Shown: in pieces, positions 1-9,970 of the stretch
How the letters are laid out: every line of letters starts with the position of its first letter
Position numbering within the stretch: position 1 is the stretch's first letter
NCBI GenBank assembly: GCA_013239625.1
Contig: MU055753.1
Span: forward strand, 2,596,702-2,660,701
Direction of reading: 5' to 3'
Source of the DNA: Lama guanicoe
Lineage: Eukaryota
DNA length: 64,000 nucleotides
Notes under the pieces: model-generated
Database searches by the model: none
What the model was told of the DNA's origin: nothing
Seen by the model: only the letters and a program-made list of their open reading frames with translations
Program-made: the position numbers and the translations under genes

Positions 1-54
1 CCCCGCACAGCCTGGGCAGTGTGTGGAAGATCCGCGTGTGGCATGACAACAAAG
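1..54 (+). CDS. PKD1: PKD1 exon 27 (partial)
   Basis: PHSLGSVWKIRVWHDNK(G); donor AAAG|GTCTGT. Confidence 0.95.
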
Positions 55-3000
55 GTCTGTGCAGCACCAGCTGCTGCTCCTCAGGCCACTGGCCCTGGCG
101 CCCTGACCCGGCCCCACCCCCTCAGCGGCTCCACCCCCTGACCCAGCCCTGGCCCCTCTGCAGGACTCAGCCCCGCCTGGTTCCTGCAGCACGTCATCGT
201 CAGGGACCTGCAGAATGCCCGCAGCACCTTCTTCCTGGTTAACGACTGGCTGTCGGTGGAGACTGAGGCCAACGGGGGCCTGGTGGAGAAGGAGGTGCTG
301 GCAGCAAGTAAGGCCTCATCCTGACTAGGCAGCTGAGGGCAGCCTTGCCCTTGGACCTCCTGCAGCTGTCCTGTGCCCTTTCCCAGGCGACGCGACCCTG
401 CGGAGATTCCGGCGGCTCCTCGTGGCTGAGCTGCAGCGCGGCTTCTTTGACAAGCACATTTGGCTTTCAATATGGGACCGGCCACCTCGGAGCCGCTTCA
501 CTCGTGTCCAGAGGGCTACATGCTGTGTCCTCCTCATCTGCCTCTTTCTGGGTGCCAATGCTGTGTGGTATGGCGTTGTGGGAGATGCTGCCTACAGGTG
601 GGCGCCTGTGGGGGTCAGGACAGATTCCCTCTGTGCAACCCTTCCTGCCCCTCCCCGCCTCTCCCAGCCTGCTCTCTCTCCTCTCTGGCTACAGCCTGGG
701 GCCTGTGTCCAATCTGATCCCTCTGAGCTTCGATACAGTCGCTGTTGGCCTGGTGTCCAGTGTGGTTGTCTACCCCGTCTACTTGGCCATCCTGTTCCTC
801 TTCCGGATGTCCCGGAGCAAGGTAGGTGGGGCTGGGGCCCCGGAGCTCATGGAGCATGGGCACCGCTGCCCCCGCCAAGGGCTGTGCTGTCCAGTACGGC
901 AGCCAGAGAGGGATGGTCACTGAGGTCAACCACACAGACTGGCTATACTGAACCAGGGAAAGAGAAATGCAGAGTCGAAATCAGGAATGAACGGGGGATA
1001 TCCCTGCTGACCTCACAGACAGGCCTGGCCAGGTAAGGTGACTTAGGAGACACAGACAAGTTCCTAGAAAGACAAACTACGAAAACCTACACGTGAAGGA
1101 ATAGGAAGTCTGAGCAGACCTGTAGCAAGTAAAGAAGTTGAATCGGTAATTTAAAACCTCCCACAAAGAAAAGACCATATGGCCTCACTGGTGATTGTAC
1201 TAAGCAGTTATGGAAGAATCAACACCGATTCTTCACAAACTCAAAAAACCTAAGAGGGAGCATTTCCTAAAATATCCCACGATGCCAAAAGCCGACAAAG
1301 ATGTGACAAGAAAAAGAAACTGCAGATTACCATCCCTTAGGGACCTACAGGCAAAAATCCTCAACAAAATAGCAACAAATCAAGTCCACCCTCGTGAGAA
1401 AGGATCTCGCACCACGACCAAGTGGCATTTTCCCCAGGAACCCAGTACAGTCATCTTTAGCTACGTGTGGCTGTTTACATTTAAGTTAATTAAAATGAGA
1501 TTAAATTAAAACTTCAGTCTCTTTGTTACGCCAGCCACATTTCAGGTGCTCTGTAGCAGCACGTGGCTAGTGGTCACTGTGCTGGACAGTGTAGATGTAG
1601 AATGTGTGCCTTATTCTAGAACCTTTACCAGGACAGCAGTGCTCCAGACTGCCCACTCAGGAGGGAGCATGCCTCCTGTGCAGAGGCCTAAGCTGCCTCC
1701 CACCGGCTTCTCCCCACAGGTGGCTGGGGGTCTGAGCCCCACCCCCGTGGGGCCACAGGCACTGGATGTGGACAGCTGCCTGGACTCGTCTGTGCTGGAC
1801 AGCTCCGTCGTTGCATTCCCAGGACTCCGTGCAGAGGTGAGGGCTCCACCAGGGTCCGCCTGGGTAGGGGCTGCTTTCTGGGCAGCCCGGGGTCAGACTG
1901 TCTCTGTGCTTCTCAACAGGCCTTTGCTGGACAAGTGAAACAGGACTTATTTCTGGAGGATTCTAAAAGGTGGGGGTCCCTAGGGAAAATGTTTCTCATG
2001 TAGGTTAGCTGCACCTCATGTGTGCCCTGTCGTGTGTCCTCATCCAGTGTTGCTGGCTGTGTGTTGTGTACCTGGCCCAGGAGTGTGTGCATTTAGCAGC
2101 CTTGCATGTCCATCTGGGCCTAGACTTGGGTTGGGTGTCTGCGCACACAGTTCCCCTGGGCTCCTCTCTCTCTGACCTGTCACCTGCAGCCTGGTGTGCT
2201 GGCCATCCAGCGAAGGCACGCTCAGTTGGCCAGACTTGCTGAGTGACCCATCTGTCATGGGCAGCACCCTGCAGCGGCTGGCCTGGGGCCAGATGGGCTG
2301 CACACTGGGCCCAGAGGAGGACAGTGTCTCCCTAGTCAGTCCCTCCTCCCCTGCCAAATACTTCTCAGCTTCAGGTGAGCAAAGGTGGGGAGGGTGGTGT
2401 CCTCCAGTCTCCCCAGGAAGGCACCATGACATGTTCTGCTCCCTCTAGATGAAGACCTGATCCGGCAGATCCTGGCTGAAGGGGTCAGTAGCCTGGTCCC
2501 TACCCAGGACACTCTGGGAGAAACGGACCTGCGCACTGGCCTGTGAGTGCCTGGCTCCTTGGGGTGGGAGCAGTGAGGAGCCCAGGGCAAGGGCCCTGCT
2601 CCCGGTCTGGGGCCATCCTTGTGCTGTCTGTCCAGTGCATGGTTGGGGTGAAGTTGTTGGGCCTCTGAGCCCCTCATTTGTTGAAAGGACCTCTTGGGGC
2701 TACCTAGGCCCTGTCAGTGTCCCCTTTAGGGCAGCAGGAGTGAAGGATGTTTGAATAACAAAAGGCCACTGATGTGGGGCAGGCAGGGCTTGGTTGTGAG
2801 GAGCAATCATTGACAGACTTTTAAATACCTAGTTTTTTTCTTCTGAAAGTATTTCGATTTTATGTTTTTAAGAATTTCTCAATTTCTTGGCTGGTTTCCA
2901 ATTTAGTAACAAACATTCATATAGAATTACCTCTTAACATCTTTGCTCATCTGTATGTAATTTGGGGGTGCCTTGGAGGGGGGTAATTAGGTTTATTTGT

Positions 3001-6000
3001 TTATTTAAATGGAGGAGGTACTAGGGATTGAACCCAGGACCTCATGCTTGCTGAGCACGTGCTCTATCTCTGAGCTCTACCCTCCCCCTGAATTTACTTC
3101 TTTTTTAAGGCAGAATAATATTCCACTGTATGGATGGACCATGTTTTTGTTGGAGGTGGGGTGGGTAACTTGATTGACTGATTGATTGATTTTAATGGAG
3201 TTACTGGGGATTGAACCCAGGACCTCCATGCATGCTGAACATGCGCTCTACCACCAAGTTCTACCTTTCCCCCGTGTCTATTTTAATACCTATATTTCCA
3301 TTCATTTTAACTCTTCTAGTTTTTAAGCAACCAAAAATTACTGAGATACATGAACTGTCCCAGAACACAAGCTTCTCAAAGTAGTAGTAATTAGCAGTGA
3401 CCACCCCAGTACCTCTAGTCCCAAAGCCCAAAGTCCCAGACCAAACTCTGGATTCATTTTTGACTCTCTTTTAGTATTTCCTCACTTGAGATTCTGTCAG
3501 CTACTTTGCAGGTCCAGAATCTGCCTCTTCTCTCCATCTGCCCAAACATCCTCCTCTACCTGGACCATTCTGCTCATCCTCTGCAGCTCATCCCCACTCT
3601 GTGCCAGAGAGAGCCTGTTCCCTGCAGCAGGCCCCGTCACTCCACCCCTGGGGCCGTGGTATCTACTGCCACTTAATAGGTCAGCCCCAAATGCTCACTT
3701 GCAGCAAGGTGGCTGGCAGGCTGTCATGGGAGTTCCCAGCTCCTCCCTCTCTGGACCTCACTGCTAGGTTGCTTGAACATCCTCAAAACATGGCACTCCA
3801 CCAACCACACCTGACCGGCCAGCCCCACCACCTCCCCTGCTGTCTCCTGCCACCCTCGCTCCTGTCTTCACCTTTCACGTCTGCTGCTCCCTCTGCCTTG
3901 AGTTCCCCACCAAGACCAGAGCTGCGTGTTCTGCTTCCTCCAGGTCCTCCTTCAGATGCTGCTGGTCAGCGTCTGCCTTCCTGTCTCATGTAAATACCGT
4001 CAGGCACGAGCCTCTGTCTCCGTGTCCTCCCTGCTTCACTCGTGTGACTGTCTGCTTCCCCCACCAGCATGTGCACACGATATGTGCACAGACTGTGTTC
4101 TTGTCACTCAGTGCTGGGAATGGTGCCTGGCATTCAGTTAGGGGATAACGTACTTGTTGGTGACTAAAGGGATCAATGAATATTAATCCAGTAACACACA
4201 TAGTCAGCTGTCATGCAGCTCAGAGTCTAACATAAAGTTCTGCAAATTCTATGCTAGATCCACTATATGATCCTGATATGCCATGTTCATATCCATGTGT
4301 GAAATACAAACACACATACAGAAAAGGGACAGAAAAAAACTAACACTGCTGTTCCCTGCATGACGGAAATGCTGTTAGATGTCTGTTCTCGGTTGTATTC
4401 CTACTTTCTACAGTTTATGCTACTTTTCATCAGAAAAGTCCATTTCATGAAGAAAATGTGTCCCATGACTTCCTACCTTCAGAAAACACAGTGCCTTTTA
4501 TTCTCTAGGAGACGCATAAAACCAGAAACATTTGCTGCAGCTCAGTGGCAGGCACGTGCCAGAGCTCGGGGTGGGGGGGCCCACCCTCTTCTTCCTCTGA
4601 CACATTCAGGGCACAGCTGTGCAGAACCACTGCTCAGTGTGTGCACTTTTTTCCTAGAAGTGCCTCTCATGGTTTTGCTTCCCTCTTTTCTTTCTCTTCC
4701 ATACTTTCTCCCGCCCCTGTAGCTCCCTGCCTCCCGTCTGTAGTGGCCCTGGCTCTGGGCAGGTCAGGGTGGCTCCATGGGGCAGGTAGCTCTCTGGGGT
4801 CTGTGGCACTTGTTGGAAGGTTGAGAACCCAGTCATGATTCACTAGCATGAAGAGCAGGCAGGGAGACGAGGCCGGTGGCTGGATGGTCATGCTCTGAGG
4901 TGATGGCTGCTGGGGTGGCGGCAGGATGGGGTGCAACAAGTCCCAGAGGTGCGAGGCCAGGACTTGGTTGCGGACTAAGCTGGAAGTGAGGGGGAGATGG
5001 ACAGAAGCTGATGGCATTTCCTGGCCTGAGGAGCAGGGTGGATGTGGGCCCCTCCCCAGAGTGACCAGTGGTGTTCTGAGCCCCAGCACCATGCGCCATG
5101 TCCACTCTGGTTTGGGGCACTGTCCTTTCTCTCCATGGGCAAGAGGAAAGGAGACACACAGAGCCAGAGGCTCAAGGGACCTTTGGTGCCGAGGAAGTGG
5201 GTTGGCTGCATCCCGGGGCAGTGTACAGGCTGCCAGGTGAGCATGGGCTGGTCCCTCTTCCTGTGCCTCAGGTCCAGCACTCCCGGGGACAGGACTCAGA
5301 CGCTGATGCTGCAGAAACTGGAGGAGAGAGGGTCGCCTAGTCCGGGCCCGACGTGGGAGCAGCTCCAGTCAGCCAAGCTTTCCAGGACAGGTGTGCTCCC
5401 GCATCCCCCAGATGACCCTCCTTGTCCCTTCTTCTGGGCTGCCAGTAACCTGTCTGTGTCTGCCTCCCCAGGGCTGGTGGAGGGTCTGCGGAAGCGACTG
5501 CTGCCTGCTTGGTGTGCTCCCCTGGCTCATGGGCTCAGCCTGCTCCTGGTGGCCATGGCCGTGGGGGTGGCGGGGTGGGTGGGTGCCAGCTTCCCACCCA
5601 GTGTGTCCGTCATGTGGCTCCTCTCAAGCAGCTCCAGCTTCCTGGCCTCATTCCTCTGCTGGGAACCGCTCAAGGTAAGTGGGATGCGAGGGGCCACACT
5701 GCTGGCTGCCGGCACCCGAGGGCCCTTCTGATGCCACTCCTGGCCCAGATCCTGCTGGAAGCCCTATACTTCTCACTGGTGGCCAAGCGGCTGCACCCCG
5801 ATGAGGATGACACCCTGGTGGAGAGCCCGGCTGTGACGCCTGTGAGCGAGCGTGTGCCCCGAGTGCGGCCACCCCATGGCTTTGCGCTCTTCCTGGCAAA
5901 GGAGGAAGCCCGGAAGGTCAAGAGGCTGCATGGGATGCTAAGGGTGAGCTCGGGCCCTCCCTCTCTGGCCTGCTGGCCAGGGCAGCATCTTCCAGGAGGT

Positions 6001-9000
6001 CTGCCTTTCTCAAAAATCTCATATGTGCCCTTCTCCTGACCACTGAAGGCCCCTCAGCAGGGGTTCTGGGGCACTGTAGCCTCTGTGCCCACTCCCTCTC
6101 ATCACCTTGGATCCTCTGCCCCTAGTCCTTGTTTGGCTTCTCATGCCCAACTCAGATGCATGCTCCTGCCTGGCCTCAGGGGCCCTGGTGCGGCTCCTCG
6201 GCCTTCACTGACCCTGTCTGTCCCCAGGCCTGGCTCTCTCAGCACTAGGCCCCCTGGCTATGGACACTTTGCTGCCCATTGTCCATAAGTCTGCTCTGTT
6301 ATGGGGGGCCAGGCTGGGATTGGCTGACCCCACGGCTACCCCTGCCCCCCAGGGCCTTCTGGTATACATGTTCTTCCTGCTGGTGACGCTGCTGGCCAAC
6401 TATGGGGACACTTCATGCCACAGCCATGCCTACCACCTGCAGAGCGCCATCAAGCAGGAGCTGGACAGCCGGGCCTTCCTGGCCATCACCCGGTATGATG
6501 CACGCACCTCTCTGTACGCATGTCTGTCTGCTGGGCCAGGGTGGTGCTCTTGCCAACCAGGGTCACTTTGGTCCTGCCCTTGTCCAGTCCAGCCCCTGGG
6601 GTAGTGGGAAGCATCTCAATACATTTTTGGTTATCAGAACTGGAGTGGGTGCTGCTGGCAATGGGTAGAGACCACAGATTCTGCTCAGCACCCTACGTGC
6701 CCAAGTATAGCCCCACAGCAGCGTATCTGCCCCCATGTGTCAGGAAGCTGAGGTTGAGGAACCAGCACTGGCAGCTGCCTGTGAGCTGGGCAGGGCTTCA
6801 TAGCTGAGCTCTCTGGGCCTCTGACCCCCGTGGGTGTGGTGGCCACAGAGGGCTGAGGGATGGAGCATGTGACTCTGTTTTGTGTGGGTAGGTCTGATGA
6901 GTTCTGGCCGTGGATGTCCCATGTGCTGCTCCCCTACATCCATGGGAACCAATCTAGACCAGAGCTGGGGCCCCCACGACTACGGCAGGTGCGGCTGCAG
7001 GAAGGTGAGTGGGGGAAGGGTACTCTGGCACTTAACCTTGCTTTTTTCCAAAGAGAAGCCTTTGGCTGGGGGCTGGTTCCAGCTCCCTTAGCTGGCAGAC
7101 CTCCTCCTGCCTTTGTTTCCTGATCTTAAATGAGACTATGACATCTATCTTCTGCATAGTTAGGAGGGTTTGGTGAGATCATGAAGAGCTCAGCCCAGGA
7201 GGCTGGTAGACAGTAAGTGTTCCTGGGTCAGCCATGCTAATTCCCTGGTTGTCTGCCCAGCACTTTGCCCAGAACCTCCTGGCTCAGGGGCCCTCACATG
7301 CTCAGCAGCCTCAGGGAGCTTCAGCACCGGTGACTATGCCATTGGCTGGGGGAGTGCTGCCCATAACGGCTCTGAGACATGGGCCTACTCCGCACCAGAC
7401 CTGCTAGGGTGAGCAGGGAGGGCGGGCCAGGGTGCCGGGGAGGGAGGAGGGAGGAGTTCTCCAGAGCAGCCCCTGGCCCCAGCATGCTTCGGGTTCCCAC
7501 AGGGCAGGGCACCACTCTGACACTGCCCCCTCACCTGCAGCGTCTGGTACTGGGGCTCCTGTGCTGTGTATGACAGCGGGGGCTACGTGCAGGAGCTTGG
7601 GCCCAGCCTAGAGGAGAGCCGCGCGCAGCTGGGCTTCCTGCAGCTGCATAACTGGATAGACAACAGGTGGGCGCTTGGCCCCTCCCTGCCCCCACCCTCT
7701 CGGCACACCGGCCACAGCTGCATCCCCCTGCCCTCTGCAGGCACCATGCAGCAGTGGTCCAGTCCACTCCCACACCCCAGGTTTGCTGGTCTTGATCATT
7801 CCCCAGAGTGGCCCAACGAGCCCCACTGCAGCCCCACGTCCTCTCCAGGGCATGCCCCACCCTTCCCCAACACCTGCCGTCCAAGCCCCTTACTCTGCGA
7901 TGGCACCAGCCGTTCCGTTCCACACACTCCGACTCCAGCCCCTCTTCCGCCCCATTCTAACGCGCAGGAGCCGCGCAGTGTTCGTGGAGCTCACGCGCTA
8001 CAGCCCAGCCGTGGGGCTGCACGCCTCAGTCACGCTGCGCCTTGAGTTCCCAGCCGCCGGACACGCCGTGGCGGCCCTCAGCGTCCGCCCGTTCGCCCTT
8101 CGCCGCCTTAGCGCCGGCCTCTCGCTGCCACTGCTCACCTCGGTAGGCCCCGCCCCCGCGGTACTGGCCCCGCCTGCCCACTCAGCCCGGCACTGGCCAC
8201 GCCCACCCAGCCTGGCCCTGATCCCCTCCCCACCCCGCCGTGCAGGTGAGCCTGCTGCTGTTCGCGGTGTATTTCTCGGGGGCCGAGGTACGTGCCTGGC
8301 GCCGGGAGGGGCGCGGGCGTGCGGCGCGGCCTGGGACCTGGGCACGGTGGCTGCTGGTGGCGCTGACGGCAGCCGCTGCGCTGGTGCGCCTGGCCCAGCT
8401 GGGCGCCGCCGACCGCCAGTGGACCCGCTTCCTGCGCCGCCGTCCTCGCCGCTTCACCAGCTTTGAACAGGTGGCACAGCTGAGCGCCGTGGCCCGCGGC
8501 CTGGCGGCCTCGCTGCTCTTCCTGCTTTTAGTCAAGGTGAGGGCTGGTTTGGCGGGGCGGGGCAGGGCAGCTGGCGTTAGCAGGTTGGTCAGCTGATGCC
8601 ACTTGTCTACAGTCCGCCCAGCAGCTGCGCTTTGTGCGCCAGTGGTCGGTTTTCGGCAAGACACTGTGCCGCGCCCTGCCGGAGCTCGCGGGGGCAGCCT
8701 TGGGCCTGGTGGTGCTTGCCGTGGCCTACGCCCAGCTGGCTGTTCTGGTAGGTGTTCTGTGGGGCTGTGGGAGAGGGTGGCTTAGCCTGTGCCAGCCCCT
8801 CACTCTTGCCGTCTTCCTGCAGTTGGTCTCCTCCTGTGTGGACTCCCTTCGGAGCGCAGCTCGGACCCTCTTGGTGCTGTGCCCAGGTGCTGGGAGTCCT
8901 GCCCTGTGCCCTGCCGAGTCCTGGCGCCTGTCCCCCGTGTTGTGCACCGGGCTCTGGGCCCTGCGGCTGTGGGGTGCCCTGAGGCTGGGGGCAGTCCTTC

Positions 9001-9703
9001 TGCGGTGGCGGTACCATGCTCTGCGGGGGGAGCTCTACCGCCCAGCCTGGGAGCCGCAGGACTACGAGATGGTGGAACTGTTCCTGCGCAGGCTGCGCCT
9101 CTGGATGGGCTTCAGCAAGGTTAAGGAGGTGGGTACGGCCCAGTGGGGGGGAGAGGGACGCACCCTGGGCGCAGCTGAGCCCAGGGCGCAGCCGGACTGA
9201 CCGAGCCCCTGTGCCGCCCCCAGTTTCGCCACAAAGTCCGCTTTGAAGGGATGGAGCCATTACCCTCCCGCTCATCTAGGGGCTCCAAGTCTTCTCCGGA
9301 CATGCCCCCACCCAGTGGGGGCTCCGACGCTTCTCGCCCCTCCACCTCCTCCAGCCAGCTGGACGGGCTGAGCGTGAACATGGGCCTGGGCCGGCCAGGG
9401 CCCCGAGGGGAGACAGAGCCTGAGCCCTCCCGCCTCCAAGCTGTGTTTGAGGCCTTGCTGGCCCAGTTCGACCGACTCAACCAGGCCACGGAGGACGTCT
9501 ATCAGCTGGAACGCCGGCTGCAGAGCCTGCGTGGCCTCAGGAACAGTGGGCCCCCAGCTTCCACTCCCACCTTCCCCCTCCCAGGCCTGCGGCCAGCCCT
9601 GCCCAGCCGCCTGGCCCGGGCCAGTCGAGGGGTTGGCCTGACTACAGGCCCCAGCAGGGTGTCCCTGCGGGCCAAGAATAAGATCCACCCCAGCAGCACT
9701 TAG
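1..9703 (+). CDS. PKD1: Polycystin-1, 3' part (exons 27-46, 5'-truncated by window; about 1136 aa: end of PLAT domain, TM2-TM11, TOP domain, C-terminal tail)
   Basis: 20 exons with GT-AG ends join in frame (3411 nt from position 3). Recognisable peptides: VWKIRVWHDNKG, ELQRGFFDKHIWLSIWDRPPRSRFTR, WEPQDYEMVELFLRRLRLWMG, QFDRLNQATEDVYQLE, AKNKIHPSST-stop. Confidence 0.99.
164..307 (+). CDS. PKD1: PKD1 exon 28
   Basis: LSPAWFLQHVIVRDLQ...EKEVLAA; 144 nt; CAG| and |GTAAGG. Confidence 0.96.
387..597 (+). CDS. PKD1: PKD1 exon 29
   Basis: DATLRRFRRLLVAELQRGFFDKH...GDAAY; 211 nt. Confidence 0.96.
695..821 (+). CDS. PKD1: PKD1 exon 30
   Basis: LGPVSNLIPLSFDTVAVGLVSSVVVYPVYLAILFLFRMSRSK; 127 nt. Confidence 0.96.
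940..1440 (+). mobile_element. Degraded LINE-1 ORF2 fragment in PKD1 intron 30
   Basis: A-rich block; ORF 1210-1509 (PILHKL...PKADKDVTRKRNCRLPSLRDLQAKILNKI) resembles L1 ORF2p PILLKL...[28 protein letters not shown]; boundaries approximate. Confidence 0.85.
1455..1645 (-). mobile_element. hAT-Charlie DNA transposon remnant (MER33/MER3-like)
   Basis: Characteristic AGCCACATTTCA.GTGCTC...GTGGCTAGTGG...TGGACAG segments with an AT-rich core. Confidence 0.7.
1720..1836 (+). CDS. PKD1: PKD1 exon 31
   Basis: VAGGLSPTPVGPQALDVDSCLDSSVLDSS...; 117 nt. Confidence 0.95.
1920..1969 (+). CDS. PKD1: PKD1 exon 32
   Basis: AFAGQVKQDLFLEDSK(S); 50 nt; phase fits both neighbours. Confidence 0.93.
2190..2374 (+). 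CDS. PKD1: PKD1 exon 33
   Basis: LVCWPSSEGTLSWPDLLSDPS...YFSAS; 185 nt. Confidence 0.96.
2449..2542 (+). CDS. PKD1: PKD1 exon 34
   Basis: DEDLIRQILAEGVSSLVPTQDT...; 94 nt; |GTGAGT. Confidence 0.95.
2976..3088 (-). mobile_element. tRNA-derived SINE (Vic-1-like)
   Basis: Reverse complement of GGGGAGGGTA.AGCTCAG...GGTTCAATCCC with AAACCTAATTAC tail; Pol III A and B boxes. Confidence 0.85.
3145..3273 (-). mobile_element. tRNA-derived SINE (Vic-1-like), second copy
   Basis: GGGGATTGAACCCAGGACCTC...GCATGCT...CTCTACCAC; (TGAT)n tail. Confidence 0.85.
3490..4190 (+). mobile_element. Ancient LINE-2 3' fragments
   Basis: CCAGAATCTGCCTCTTCTCTCCATC and terminal GTGCCTGGCA...TTGTTG..AATGAA resemble the L2 3' end; approximate. 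Confidence 0.5.
5272..5390 (+). CDS. PKD1: PKD1 exon 35
   Basis: SSTPGDRTQTLMLQKLEE...KLSRT(G); 119 nt. Confidence 0.95.
5472..5674 (+). CDS. PKD1: PKD1 exon 36
   Basis: LVEGLRKRLLPAWC...WEPLK; 203 nt; |GTAAGT. Confidence 0.96.
5749..5943 (+). CDS. PKD1: PKD1 exon 37
   Basis: ILLEALYFSLVAKRLHPDEDDTLVESP...HGMLR; 195 nt. Confidence 0.96.
6353..6492 (+). CDS. PKD1: PKD1 exon 38
   Basis: GLLVYMFFLLVTLLANYGD...AFLAIT(R); 140 nt. Confidence 0.96.
6892..7004 (+). CDS. PKD1: PKD1 exon 39
   Basis: SDEFWPWMSHVLLPYIHGNQSRPELGPPRLRQVRLQE; 113 nt. Confidence 0.96.
7261..7408 (+). CDS. PKD1: PKD1 exon 40
   Basis: ALCPEPPGSGALTCSAASGSFSTGDYAIGW...WAYSAPDLL(G); 148 nt. Confidence 0.94.
7541..7666 (+). 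CDS. PKD1: PKD1 exon 41
   Basis: VWYWGSCAVYDSGGYVQELG...LQLHNWIDN(R); 126 nt. Confidence 0.96.
7968..8142 (+). CDS. PKD1: PKD1 exon 42
   Basis: SRAVFVELTRYSPAVGLH...LPLLTS; 175 nt. Confidence 0.96.
8246..8536 (+). CDS. PKD1: PKD1 exon 43
   Basis: VSLLLFAVYF...AASLLFLLLVK; 291 nt. Confidence 0.96.
8613..8747 (+). CDS. PKD1: PKD1 exon 44
   Basis: SAQQLRFVRQWSVFGKTLCRALPEL...AQLAVL; 135 nt. Confidence 0.96.
8823..9128 (+). CDS. PKD1: PKD1 exon 45
   Basis: LVSSCVDSL...RRLRLWMGFSKVKE; 306 nt. Confidence 0.96.
9129..9223 (+). ncRNA. MIR1225: Mirtron miR-1225 ortholog (entire PKD1 intron 45)
   Basis: 5' end GTGGGTACGGCCCAGTGGGGGG (9129-9150) matches miR-1225-5p as I recall it. 3' end CGAGCCCCTGTGCCGCCCCCAG (9202-9223) matches the 3p arm except at position 1. 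The two ends are complementary. Confidence 0.88.
9224..9703 (+). CDS. PKD1: PKD1 exon 46 coding part (C-terminal tail with coiled coil)
   Basis: FRHKVRFEGMEPLPSRSSR...KIHPSST-TAG. Confidence 0.97.
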   Translation, partial: FRHKVRFEGMEPLPSRSSRGSKSSPDMPPPSGGSDASRPSTSSSQLDGLSVNMGLGRPGPRGETEPEPSRLQAVFEALLAQFDRLNQATEDVYQLERRLQSLRGLRNSGPPASTPTFPLPGLRPALPSRLARASRGVGLTTGPSRVSLRAKNKIHPSST

Positions 9704-9789
9704 CCTCCGGGCATCTGGGCTCATGCCTCTTCCCTGGGGTGGGCCTGTGACTTTACTCCGGCCCCTCAGAGCCAGAGCAGACGCCGCTT

Positions 9790-9970
9790 AGTATTATCTT
9801 CTGCCACCCTCCAGGTTTCGGGCCAGGCAGAACAGCTGCACACAGGTCCCCCAGAGAATGGACAGCACTTGTCTGTCTCTCTGTGGGCTTCAGCACTTTA
9901 AAGAGGCCATGTGGCCAGCCAGGACCCAGGGTCCCCTCCTCAGTTCCCTGTGGGAGGACACAGCAGTATT
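9790..9970 (+). promoter_or_regulatory. Two miR-200b/c/429 seed matches (AGTATTA 9790-9796; CAGTATT 9964-9970)
   Basis: 7mer-A1 and 7mer-m8 matches; miR-200 regulation of PKD1 is reported in mammals. Confidence 0.6.
9893..9900 (+). promoter_or_regulatory. miR-17 family 8mer site (GCACTTTA) in PKD1 3'UTR
   Basis: Exact 8mer complement of the miR-17/20/93/106 seed; PKD1 repression through a 3'UTR miR-17 motif is established. Confidence 0.8.

Larger units (their letters stand above)
7900..8750. other. Intragenic CpG-rich island over PKD1 exons 42-44
   Basis: Visibly dense CpG compared with flanks; GC box GGCCCCGCCCCC in intron 42; boundaries approximate. Confidence 0.65.

Noticed and set aside
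1210-1509. 99-aa ORF in PKD1 intron 30
   Set aside because: A decayed L1 ORF2 fragment with deletions relative to ORF2p; not a gene.
8607-9724. Long antisense ORFs (222, 150 and 122 aa) over the last PKD1 exons
   Set aside because: Shadow frames of GC-rich coding sequence with no independent splice or domain evidence.
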